64,000 bases of DNA from an uncultured bacterium. Its GTDB lineage: Bacteria; Bacillota; Clostridia; Christensenellales; HGM11417. The number at the start of each line of letters is the position of its first letter. The first letter of the stretch is position 1. Under the pieces are notes generated by a model that saw only the letters and a program-made list of their open reading frames with translations, made no database searches and had not been told where the DNA came from. A program made the translations under genes and the position numbers. Below are positions 45,143 through 55,300 of this stretch, in pieces. The DNA is taken from the NCBI GenBank assembly GCA_905215695.1, contig CAJMQN010000006.1:60726-124725 (forward strand), given 5' to 3'.

Positions 45143-46003
45143 ATGAAACACAAATCCGCTCCCAAATCCGTTGCGCAGAGAATTGTGTTTGGCATCGTGT
45201 TCGCGCTGTTCGCGCTGTATGCGGCGACCATGCTGTACGCCTTCCTGTTCGCACTCTTCTCCGCACTGAAAACGCACGAAGAATTTGTCAATCACATGTT
45301 CGACCTGCCGCGTGATTGGCTGTTCTCCAACTTCGGGAACGCCTTCACCAAACTCAAGGTAAACCGCACGGATATGATCGGCATGATATGGAACAGCGTG
45401 TGGTACACAGCGGGAGGGACGGTGCTCTCTGTGGCGTGCGCGACGACGCTCGCCTATGTCGTTTCCAAATTCAAATTTGTCGGTCGCAATCTGATTTACG
45501 CAATCTCCATCGTCATGATGGTTTTGCCCATCGTCGGAAGTCTTCCCGCCACCTACAAGCTCATCAAGGGTTTGGGCTTGGACAATTCTCCGGCGATTCT
45601 CGTGACTTTCTGCAACGGCTTCGGGTTCAACTTCATCGTGCTGTACGGCTTTTTCCAAAACCTCTCTTGGAGCTACGCGGAGGCGGCGTACGTGGACGGG
45701 GCATCCGATTTCAAAACCTTTGCGGGGGTCATGCTCCCGCAGGCGCTGCCCGCGGTGGTCTCTCTCATCATTCTTGCGGCAATCGGGATTTGGAACGACT
45801 ATCAAGGACCGCTTCTGTACCTGTCGAACATGCCCACGCTCTCGGTCGGACTCTACGAATTTAACAACAATATGAAGTACAATTCGGACTATCCGACGCT
45901 GTTTGCGGGGCTGCTCATTTCTATACTGCCGATACTTGCGATATTTATCGTCTTTCAGGAAACCATCATGAGCAACACGGTTGCCGGCGGACTGAAGGGC
46001 TGA
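45143..46003 (+). CDS. carbohydrate ABC transporter permease (MalG/LplC-type)
   Basis: 286 aa with the EAA loop EAAYVDGASDFKTFAGVMLPQA and the C-terminus NTVAGGLKG. Confidence 0.9.
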   Translation: MKHKSAPKSVAQRIVFGIVFALFALYAATMLYAFLFALFSALKTHEEFVNHMFDLPRDWLFSNFGNAFTKLKVNRTDMIGMIWNSVWYTAGGTVLSVACATTLAYVVSKFKFVGRNLIYAISIVMMVLPIVGSLPATYKLIKGLGLDNSPAILVTFCNGFGFNFIVLYGFFQNLSWSYAEAAYVDGASDFKTFAGVMLPQALPAVVSLIILAAIGIWNDYQGPLLYLSNMPTLSVGLYEFNNNMKYNSDYPTLFAGLLISILPILAIFIVFQETIMSNTVAGGLKG

Positions 46004-46025
46004 AATAAAGAAAAAAGGAGAAAAA

Positions 46026-47600
46026 ATGATGAAAAAAATCAGAACCGTACTTTGCACGTTGATCGCCGTACTCCTGTGCCTGCCTCTCGCGACGGCATGC
46101 GGCAGAGAAAAAATCCTTGATTCGGAGGGGAACGAGGTCACCGACCCTTCCAAGATTATCGAAATCAGCGTATGGGATTCCGGACTCGGCACGAAGTTTC
46201 TCTACAACCTCGTCGATGCGTTCAAAGCGCAGAATAAGGGCATCGGCGTGACCGTTACGCCCTCGAGTTCGCAGGATACCTTCTACAACACGATTTCGGC
46301 GGGCGCGCGGGCAAACAGTTTTGACCTGTACTTTACCTACGGTCCGAAATTCCGTCAGTACTTTGAAGGGCAGCACAAGGACAAGAATTACCTCGAGGAT
46401 CTGACCCCCGTGTTCCGCTCCACCGCAACGGGGGACACGCAGACCATCGAGTCCAAATTTCCCGAGGCAATGCGCGAGACCCTGAAGGTCGGGGACAAAT
46501 ATTACGCGGGGCTGTGGCAGGCGAGCGCAAACGGACTCACCTACAACGCCGCGGAGTTTGCAAAACACCCGGAATGGAAACTCCCCAATACGACCAAGGA
46601 GTTACAAAATCTCGCGCTTGCGATTGCGGAGACGGGGAAAACTCCTTTTGTACATGTTCCCGGCTATTGGGAATATGTCTGGGCTGTTTGGTGGGCGCAG
46701 TACGATGGCGCGACAGCGCATCAAGATTTCTGGACAAAGGACTTTTTCGAGTACTTCAACGCCATGTACAAGGCGGGAAATTGGAATCAGAGTGCGGACT
46801 ACGTGACGCCGGGCGTCAAAAAAGCGCTCGATGCGCTGTATGCGCTCGTATCGCCGGAGGGCTACACGCTCAACGGCTCCAATACGACGGACTTTTCGAT
46901 TTTGCAGACCCAATATTTGAGCGGAGACGCGATGATGATGGCGACGGGCGGTTGGTTGGAAACCGAGATGGCGAAAAATCAGTCCGCCGGCAGTCAGGTT
47001 TCGGACAAGGATATCCGCTTCATGAAAGTACCCGTTCTCTCCTCGGTCGTGGAGTTGCTCGAAATCGAAACCGACGAGGAACTTTCCGCAATCGTCTCCT
47101 ATATTGACAACGGCGAGACGGGGGAAAAGCCCGCTTCGGACGCGGATATTGCCAAAGTGCGCGCCATGCGGAATATCACCTATACATCGGGACCCGAAAT
47201 GAACGTCTTTATTCCCGCCTACGCGGAGGGCAAAGAGGCGGCGAAAGAATTTTTAAAATTCGTATATTCGGATGCCGGAACGAAGATTTATGTGGATACG
47301 ACGCACGTCCTGCCTCCTTGGTATGCGGGGGACGCTTCCGCGCTGGACGTGTCGGAGTGGTCGGTATTCTCGAAGTCCCACCTCGAACTTCAAAAGTCCG
47401 CCAACTATATTTTCAAGGACTTCTCTCACCCGATCGTATATAACACGGCGCGTGCAAACGTATTTTACGACACGCCGGAGAGCAAATTTACCGCGGCATA
47501 CGCCAACGACCGCGAGACGGTCACAGCATTTTTGAGCCGGGAGATCGGACAGCTTTCAAAGGATTGGGCGGTATTCCTGTCCGCATCCGGTCTGAAATAG
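46026..47600 (+). CDS. extracellular solute-binding lipoprotein (large family-1 sugar SBP)
   Basis: 524 aa with a signal peptide and lipobox (LPLATAC-G). Its size and position after two permease genes match the LplA-like SBPs of Firmicutes. Confidence 0.85.
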   Translation: MMKKIRTVLCTLIAVLLCLPLATACGREKILDSEGNEVTDPSKIIEISVWDSGLGTKFLYNLVDAFKAQNKGIGVTVTPSSSQDTFYNTISAGARANSFDLYFTYGPKFRQYFEGQHKDKNYLEDLTPVFRSTATGDTQTIESKFPEAMRETLKVGDKYYAGLWQASANGLTYNAAEFAKHPEWKLPNTTKELQNLALAIAETGKTPFVHVPGYWEYVWAVWWAQYDGATAHQDFWTKDFFEYFNAMYKAGNWNQSADYVTPGVKKALDALYALVSPEGYTLNGSNTTDFSILQTQYLSGDAMMMATGGWLETEMAKNQSAGSQVSDKDIRFMKVPVLSSVVELLEIETDEELSAIVSYIDNGETGEKPASDADIAKVRAMRNITYTSGPEMNVFIPAYAEGKEAAKEFLKFVYSDAGTKIYVDTTHVLPPWYAGDASALDVSEWSVFSKSHLELQKSANYIFKDFSHPIVYNTARANVFYDTPESKFTAAYANDRETVTAFLSREIGQLSKDWAVFLSASGLK

Positions 47601-47614
47601 AAAAGGAGGGAAAT

Positions 47615-49951
47615 ATGAAAAAGAAAAGGGGTATCTTGGCGGCGCTTATATTGAGCGTGGCGATGGGCTGTATGGGGCTGTCCGGCGCGGCGAGTGCGGG
47701 CACTGTAGATGTGACGCTCCTCGAGGAGGATTTTGCGGGGACGGAACTCGACCCTGCGGCGTGGTATTCAAGAAGTTCGACCGGAATCTCGCTGGAGCAG
47801 GACTACATTGCTCTGCGGGTCAAAGACGGATATACGGGTACGGGCGTCGCAACGAAGGCGAAGCTCTCCGGGAGCGCCGCAGTGGAAATTGATGTCAAGG
47901 AATTGGACTGGGCGGATACAAACGGAAGTTTCCGGATTGCCTTCGGACTGCCCACAAATACCGGGAATTTCCACAATGCCTATTGGGAGGACGGCAAGGC
48001 AGACGGAATCTACCTGACCTTCAACAAGGACTGTTCGGACCATGCGATCAGGCTTGCGGGGCTAAAATCCTCGCTTTCCGGTCTGGTGGACGGACAGGGG
48101 AATCCGCTTGCGACCCCGACGCCCTATGCCTTTACGGACGTGAAAGCGCTCGCCGACCCCGCATCTCCCGACAAAATACGCGACAAGACTCTGCGCGTCG
48201 AATATGGGGAGGACGGAAGCTTTACGCTGTCTGCCCGCCCGTTCGGCGAATCGGGAGATTTCACGGTTATCGCCCGCACAACAGGCTCCAAACTTCGTGC
48301 TTTTCCCGAGGGTTATCTCTCGGTTCATTGCATGGAGTCCGCAAAAGGATTTCCCTTCATCGACATTCGGGACGTTCGGGTGTACGACAAGGACGGGGGC
48401 GCGGTCGCTGCGTTCGGAGAAAACGTAGGCAAGGATTATCAGACCTTTCGGCATTCCTTTACCGGTTCGATGAGTGCAGGCGCGAAGAACGCGCTCACCT
48501 TCGGCGAGAAGTACGGGAACGCAAACCCGCTCTTCATGAGCAAAAGAATCGTCGCTACCGATCCAAAGGACAGTGTGGAAAGTCTCGCGCAGATCTCTTT
48601 CGGATTTACCGCCAAGAAGTGGCAGGGCAACAAAAAATTCGGACTTCTGCTGGGCGCGGAAAAACAGTCTTCGGGCAACGTGGGGCAGGCAGGAACCTCC
48701 TTCTTCTATCTGACCAAGAGCACAGAGGGCTGGCAGTACGGCATGGACGCTTACGCGCAGGCGGATGTTCCGACGGCGGTGATTCCCGAGCGGTCCCTAC
48801 CGAAAGGAGTTCTCCCGAACGATTTGAATATTTCGCTCACGCTTGGAAGCAAGGGCACTCTCGAAGTGAAATTCAACGGGGAAAGCGCGTATTCCGCCAA
48901 TGACGCGGCGTATGCATATGACGGCTATGCCGGCTTTGCGATGACGGGAGACGAGACCTCGGCGGAATGCGGTGTTTTGGTGACAATCGGTTCTTTCCTC
49001 GCGGAAAACAGCTATTACGACCGCCCCGAGAACGCAAACGTGCAGACGGATTTCTCGGGCGACTCCTACAATACGAATCTCTGGAATATGCGTTCGGAAT
49101 CCTATATGCAGGACTTTTTGAACGGCATGTACGTGAGGGAAGGCGGTCTGGTATTCGACAACGTGGCGATGAACAGCTATATTTCGACCAAATTTCAGTA
49201 TTCAAACTTTGAACTGAAATACAGCGTAACGGACTTGCGACGAGAGGTAGTGACGGACCCGGCGACGGGCGCGAAACTCTATCCTGTATCTTCTTGGATC
49301 GGCGCGATGTTCGGGGCGGCGTTCCCGCAGGACGAATTCGGCAGAATGGAGTCAAGCGTACCGCTCATCTATCTTGAGGCGCCCGTGGATGCAAACACCT
49401 GGGACCGTCAAAGGCAGGGAACAGGATATGCGCCCACCCAACTCGTTGTTTTAAATGTCGGCAGGAGCTTCATCACGCCTCTCCCGTCCAAGTATGATTT
49501 TTGGGACCCGAGCAAGGAGGGCTTGACCCTTGATATTCGCATCCGTGTGACGGACCGCAGGCTCACGGTGGGTCTGAAGTACCGGCAGGAGGAGGAATAT
49601 ACGGACTTTGTTGACGAGGAGATGCCCCGGGGACTCACCGGGTATCTCTACCTCTGCGGAATGGGAAACAACTACTATCTTGCCCCGCATTCGGTGGGCG
49701 CGAGTTGCGGACATTTCACTTTGGACGATATCAAAATTACGAATTTGGATGAGGGGGCAAACCTGACCGAGGTGAGTTTCGCCTCCAATCGCCCGGATAC
49801 CGTTCCGGGAGACTATCCATACGTTGACAAAAACGACGACGCGGATTATCTTACAGGGGGCGGTTCCGGGTGCGGAAAGGGTGACGCGGCGTCCGCGTCC
49901 CTCTGTGCGGCGCTCCTTTGCGCAGCGTTTGTAATCGGGAGGAGAGGATGA
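47615..49951 (+). CDS. secreted 778-aa protein with ConA/LamG-like regions and a Cys-Gly C-terminal anchor/sorting tail
   Basis: ATG at 47615 follows aaggaggg. It has the signal peptide MKKKRGILAALILSVAMGCMGLSGAASA and two segments beginning ..DF.G...D...W.. that recall concanavalin-A-like lectin/glucanase folds (weak evidence). The tail is GGGSGCGKGDAASASLCAALLCAAFVIGRRG. Confidence 0.7.
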   Translation: MKKKRGILAALILSVAMGCMGLSGAASAGTVDVTLLEEDFAGTELDPAAWYSRSSTGISLEQDYIALRVKDGYTGTGVATKAKLSGSAAVEIDVKELDWADTNGSFRIAFGLPTNTGNFHNAYWEDGKADGIYLTFNKDCSDHAIRLAGLKSSLSGLVDGQGNPLATPTPYAFTDVKALADPASPDKIRDKTLRVEYGEDGSFTLSARPFGESGDFTVIARTTGSKLRAFPEGYLSVHCMESAKGFPFIDIRDVRVYDKDGGAVAAFGENVGKDYQTFRHSFTGSMSAGAKNALTFGEKYGNANPLFMSKRIVATDPKDSVESLAQISFGFTAKKWQGNKKFGLLLGAEKQSSGNVGQAGTSFFYLTKSTEGWQYGMDAYAQADVPTAVIPERSLPKGVLPNDLNISLTLGSKGTLEVKFNGESAYSANDAAYAYDGYAGFAMTGDETSAECGVLVTIGSFLAENSYYDRPENANVQTDFSGDSYNTNLWNMRSESYMQDFLNGMYVREGGLVFDNVAMNSYISTKFQYSNFELKYSVTDLRREVVTDPATGAKLYPVSSWIGAMFGAAFPQDEFGRMESSVPLIYLEAPVDANTWDRQRQGTGYAPTQLVVLNVGRSFITPLPSKYDFWDPSKEGLTLDIRIRVTDRRLTVGLKYRQEEEYTDFVDEEMPRGLTGYLYLCGMGNNYYLAPHSVGASCGHFTLDDIKITNLDEGANLTEVSFASNRPDTVPGDYPYVDKNDDADYLTGGGSGCGKGDAASASLCAALLCAAFVIGRRG
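49856..49948 (+). other. tripartite C-terminal signal, copy 1 (GCGKG motif, hydrophobic helix, RRG)
   Basis: The last 31 codons of the 778-aa protein. Compare the second copy at 56280-56378. Confidence 0.6.
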
Positions 49952-51333
49952 TGAAATTGAAAAAAATCGGCGCCTTGGTACTTGCTGCGGCAATGCTTCC
50001 GGCTGCGGGCTGCGGCAGAGTGGAAGCCGCGCCTGTACACGAGGCGCAGACGGTACATAGTTATACCTTTGACAAGCTCGGGAAAAACGTGATGCCTGTG
50101 GGCGGATATATCGGACCCTTCGGCGGCTACGGCTACAACGGAACGTATATGGAAAGCCTTATCACGGAAGAGCAGTATCAGACCGTAGCGGACTGCGGAC
50201 TCAACTTTCTCATTGGAATGAAACAGGACTATAACCTCAACCGGGAAGAGACAATCGCATCGTTGGAGCTTGCGGACGACCATGAAATTATGCTCTTTAT
50301 CAAGGACAGTTATCTCTATGATTTGAGTGCGTCCTACCGCGCCCCGGTTTCGAAAGCGGACTTTGAGGAACGCGTAAAGCTATATAGCGACTACGGCTCG
50401 TTTGCGGGACTGGTGGGCAGGGACGAACCTTTCGGCTTTGAGCTTCCCAACTGTCAGGCGGTTCAACAGCGTTTCGACGAGGTGTTTCAAAAAGAATCTT
50501 CGACGGCGCTCTACATGAACTCGTTGTCCTATCAGTGCCCGGAGGACTGGCTTGCCGGGGGACCGAACGGTGTCATTTCCGAAAAGTGGGACCTTGACAA
50601 GTACATGGAAGAATATTTCAAGGCGATGTCAGGTATGAAATTTTATTCCTATGATACCTATCCTTTCGTCAACGGCGGAATCCGCGGTACATACTTTGAG
50701 AATCTTCAGCTTGTGCGAGACATGACCTCGGAGGCTGGCATTCCGTTCTGGACATTCATTCAAGGCGGCGGCTACTTTGACAACGACCCGGGCTGGGACC
50801 ACCCGACGGAGGGCGGACTTCTCTGGCAGGTCTCGACCTCGCTTGCCTACGGTGCAAAAGGGTATCAGTATTTTCCTTACTGCCATCCCGCGGAATTTAC
50901 GCAGGCGCCCACAGGCGGTTCAAGTTTGATCGGAAGGTATGGAGAGAAGACGGCAACTTGGTTCTATGCGCAGAAGGCAAACAGACAGACCCAAGCGGTG
51001 GATCACGTCCTGATGAACAGCGCGCACATGGGCGTTATCTCAAACGGACAGAGTCCTGCGGGAATCCCCGAAGGCTCAACCATCGAGAGTTTCCGCGAAC
51101 TTACGAAGGTTTCGGGCGCGGATTCGATTGTCGGCTGTTTCGACTACGCGGGCAAAACGGCGCTGTATGTCGTAAACAATTCTGTGACGCAGGACAAGGC
51201 AAAAGTCACGCTGGAATTTACGGGAAATTATGGTTATGAAGTGATACAACGCGCGACGTCAAGGGATTTGTCCGGAAAATCGATCACACTCACGTTTGCT
51301 CCGGGTGAAGGCGCACTCGTGGTGCTGAAATAG
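49948..51333 (+). CDS. lipoprotein, putative TIM-barrel glycoside-hydrolase-like protein (paralogue of the ORF at 63250)
   Basis: The ATG overlaps the previous stop (ATGATGA). It has a signal peptide plus lipobox (LPAAGC-G) and shares blocks with the 63250 ORF (EEQY..VA(D/E)CG(L/F)N, DEP, (Y/F)D(T/S)YP). No named family is claimed. Confidence 0.65.
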   Translation: MMKLKKIGALVLAAAMLPAAGCGRVEAAPVHEAQTVHSYTFDKLGKNVMPVGGYIGPFGGYGYNGTYMESLITEEQYQTVADCGLNFLIGMKQDYNLNREETIASLELADDHEIMLFIKDSYLYDLSASYRAPVSKADFEERVKLYSDYGSFAGLVGRDEPFGFELPNCQAVQQRFDEVFQKESSTALYMNSLSYQCPEDWLAGGPNGVISEKWDLDKYMEEYFKAMSGMKFYSYDTYPFVNGGIRGTYFENLQLVRDMTSEAGIPFWTFIQGGGYFDNDPGWDHPTEGGLLWQVSTSLAYGAKGYQYFPYCHPAEFTQAPTGGSSLIGRYGEKTATWFYAQKANRQTQAVDHVLMNSAHMGVISNGQSPAGIPEGSTIESFRELTKVSGADSIVGCFDYAGKTALYVVNNSVTQDKAKVTLEFTGNYGYEVIQRATSRDLSGKSITLTFAPGEGALVVLK

Positions 51334-51349
51334 AAATGGAGGGAAGAGT

Positions 51350-52315
51350 ATGAAGAGGAGAATCGCGGCGGCACTGCTGTCCGCACTGCTTGTGTGCGCG
51401 TGTCTGGGGCTCCCGAGCGCGGCACAGGAAGCGGGAAGTTCGGAGGACACGCCCGTCAAGTTTCACTTTCTCGACGTCAACAGCCTGAACAAGGGAGACG
51501 GTCCCATCGGAAGCGCGGATTGTATCGTCATTGAGGACCACGGCAAAATCACCATGGTGGATGCCGGAACTCCCTACGACGTATCCGTGCAGAAGATATT
51601 CGACTATCTCGACGGACTCGGGGTGACGAAGATTGAACACTTGTTTTTGAGTCACCCGCACGACGACCACGGAGGCGGTATGCCCGCCGTCATTGAGAAA
51701 TACGACATCGGGACGGTATATTGTAAGGCGTCCGATTGGGATACGCTTCGGGACATAGAAATCGAATGGCGTACCCGTGAAATTTACGACGACGTGCTTC
51801 TCGCGGCGCAGCGCAAGCAAAACAGCGACGGCAGCACGGTGAAAATTGTGCATCCGGAGACGGACGGCGAGACCGTGACCGTGAGCGCGGACAGCAGTTT
51901 TGAAATCTGGAACTGCGAAGCGCCCTGGGAAAACAAACACTATCACCCGGAATTTAACGACTATTCCATGGTGATGAAGTACACTTACAAAGATGTCTCC
52001 GCACTTTTAATGGGGGACATCAACCGCACCTATGAAAGCTCGCTCCTCGGTCATGTGGGAAAGTGCGATATTTTCAAGGCGGCGCACCACGGCACAAAGG
52101 GTTCGGTATCGTCCTCTGCGCTGTTCGATGAAATAAACGCGTCTGTTGCGGTCGTTACCGGGCTCCGCGCAAACTTCAATGTCGGGGGCGCGGCGACGGA
52201 CAAGGTCATCACGGAAGTCCTCGAATCGCGCGGAATTTCTTACAAGATTACCGAGGACGGCGACGTGGTTGTGACGACGGACGGCAGAACCGTCTCGATA
52301 GCGCAGACAGCGTAG
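51350..52315 (+). CDS. secreted MBL-fold hydrolase of the ComEC/Rec2-associated type
   Basis: It has the signal peptide MKRRIAAALLSALLVCACLGLPSAAQ, the metal motif SHPHDDHGGG, and a later AAHHGT. Confidence 0.8.
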   Translation: MKRRIAAALLSALLVCACLGLPSAAQEAGSSEDTPVKFHFLDVNSLNKGDGPIGSADCIVIEDHGKITMVDAGTPYDVSVQKIFDYLDGLGVTKIEHLFLSHPHDDHGGGMPAVIEKYDIGTVYCKASDWDTLRDIEIEWRTREIYDDVLLAAQRKQNSDGSTVKIVHPETDGETVTVSADSSFEIWNCEAPWENKHYHPEFNDYSMVMKYTYKDVSALLMGDINRTYESSLLGHVGKCDIFKAAHHGTKGSVSSSALFDEINASVAVVTGLRANFNVGGAATDKVITEVLESRGISYKITEDGDVVVTTDGRTVSIAQTA

Positions 52316-52325
52316 GGAGGAAAAA

Positions 52326-55300
52326 ATGGCAAAGAAAAAAATAGCGATTTTAGGATTATCGCTCCTGTTTCTCGTGTCAGTCCTTACCGGGCTGGGACTT
52401 GGCGTGAACCGCCCCGCGTCCGCGGCAGATACTCTTGAAATCGCCGGAATTTCGGGGTACGAGGCGTCTGGAGACCGAAACGATACGACCGCAATCGTGA
52501 ATTTTTCAGGCACAGGCGCAGGCGCGGAGGGAGACGACTTGACGGATGTCGCCTCTGTCATGGACAATATTCTCGTCAACAATGCTTCGCTTTCGGCGAT
52601 TCAGTCTGCGGGACAGCTCAAATCCGTGACTCGCGGACCCGGTTTCAGCGTAAAAATTGTGGTAAACAGCCAAGTGCACACCTTTTTGATGACCTTGAAA
52701 GCAGGGCTTACGTTGGACGGATTCACTCTTACCGCGGACGCGGTTTACGAGAAAGCTGCGGACAACAGCTTCTCCTTGCGCAGAGAAGAACCTGCCGCGG
52801 CAAAGGTGCTCTATATCGGTTCGCAGGCTTTCTATTATTCAAGTTTGCCCACGCCGGAGGTCGCAAAAGCGTTTTTTCTGGTATTTAACAAGCCGGGAAC
52901 TGATACGGAAGCCGACCTTGTTGACATGCGCACGCGCATACTGTACAGTGACGGACAGGGGAACGAACAACCGGTTTACGACTTGTACAGAAACGGCGGT
53001 TACTTCAACGGCGAAGTGCAGTTCGGCATGATGCAGTACGTTGTTTATATGCCTTCCGCCTATCAGGTCGCAGGCGCAACTTTGACAGTCCCTGCCGGGC
53101 TGTCTCTCGCGGACGGCGTCAAAACGGCGGCTGAACAGATCTTTACTTTTGACGGGAACAAGTGGACGGAGACCACCGAACCCCCTGAATCTGCCGAAGA
53201 AGTGACGGTCACCAAGATTCAGAGTATCGGCGCGAACGGCGATTACTGGCGGGTCAAGGTGTTCTTCAGCGACCCCGGTGAAAATGCGGACACAGAGGGA
53301 AAGGCTCTCTACAAGCTCCGTCGCGAGGTGAAGTTGAACGGCGCGCTCGGCATACCCGAAGGGGATGCGGACAGCATCGTTAACTCCATTTATTTTGACG
53401 AAGTCGAAGGCGTGGCGACCGGAAATCTCAATCTCTATTTCAAGGGATACAAGCCGGGTGAAATGAACACCCTCGAACTTCCGGGCGGGCTGAATTTCGC
53501 AGGCGGAAAGGTCATGACGGAGTCTGCCGTGTTCTACAATCAAAGCGGCAACCTATGGTATGAAAAACAGAGCGACGCTCTCCCGCCCACGGCAACGAGT
53601 GCGGTCGAAGGCGGAACTTCGGAATACGACGGTGAAACGTACCGTCAGCTTCTCATCACCTTTGATTGGACGGGGAGCAACGGCGCCGCGCTGTACAGCA
53701 GTCTGTTTCCCTGGCTTCATAGGGTTACGCTCAACGGCGAACTCATCAATGCGGAATCTTACGCGGATTTGGACGCCGCGGGCAGCGGCGTGAAATACTA
53801 TGGCAGTTCGTATTTTGACAGTCAGAATATGCGCGTGTTAAAGTGTTATTTCCCCGAATCCCTGCGTTCGGGCGGCATTGATGAACTTGTACTCCCTGCC
53901 GGACTCCGCCTCGACAACGAAAAGGATACGAAGGAAAAGACCTTTTACGGTTATCGCGGCGGCTGGTACAACACGCGGGAAGAGGCGGAAAACGCGAAAG
54001 CAAATATTTTGGGCGTGACGACCAAGAACATCTATGAGCTGAACCGGGACGGCGACCAAATCCACGATTCGGACGCATACATGGTGGTAGGCATCCGATT
54101 CGACCGCGCAGGCGCGAACGATATTTCGAGTGACGCAACCGCACTTTCTGTTCTGCGCGCGGGCGTCCTTTTCAACGGCAAACCGCTGACGGGAAATCTT
54201 GTGAATTCCTGCTATTTCGAGGACTCCGATTCTCAAATACTGAAATTTTGGCTGCCTTACTCGAACTGTAATTTTGACGGATACGACACACTGTATGTCC
54301 CCGGCGGATACACGCTTTCGGGCGGATATGTGGAGGAGGGTAAGACCTTCTACGGCAGGGCGGGCGTCTGGCAGGAGAGCGCAGAGGGACTGCCGCAATG
54401 GAACTTTGCGACCCTCGACAAACTTTATGACCCGGGTATCCCGCGCAACGCGGACGACGGTACTGTCCTGCGCGACGTCGAAATTTACTTTACGACGCCC
54501 GGCAATAACAGCGCGCACGAGAGTATTCTCACGCTGTGGTTTTTGCAGCGGAACATGACCCTGAACGGCGAAAAGATGTACAAAGCGGGAAACGGGTTCT
54601 ATTTTGACGACAACAATCTGTACCGGTTTTTCGCGCGCACCGCGGATTCTCTCCGCAGGTCGGACGGAACCCCGGACGAACTCTATCTTCCCGGTCCTTT
54701 CATGGTCGGAGACAAGATTTTTCCGGGCGGCGTGACCTACTACGGTCGTTACGGCGTATGGAGCGAGGACGCGTCCGAGCTTCCCGCGGTTACCGAGACG
54801 GGCAAGGTCTGCGAGGTTGTCGAACAGGGACAGGAAGAGGGGTTCTTCCGGCTGGTCAAACTGAAATTCGATATTTCTGCCGCCGCGTCGGACGGACAGG
54901 CAAACGTTGACGTGCCGGGTTACGCGCTCTACGAACTGCGCAGAGGGATTCGGATCAACGGAAATCCGATTCGCGAAGAGGTGATGAACAGCGCATATTT
55001 CAACCCGGAAGCCGAATACAACTGGCAGTGGTTCGTGGTGTGGCTGCATCAATCCGACCGGAATTCCTCCGGCTACGACGAACTGTATATCCCCGGCGGG
55101 CTGTGGATGAAGGACGGCAAGCGTACGGGCGAGGGACAGACGCTCTATTTCTATGAGAATGCGTGGCATTTGGAAAAGCCCGCCTTAAAGCCTTCTTTTA
55201 CCGAACTTGCGGGAGATGAGTTCCTCGAAGGAAGTATTCTGTTCAATCGTCCGGCGGCAGAGACCGGCGACGAATTCTCTGTGGGCGAAACGGCGCTCAA

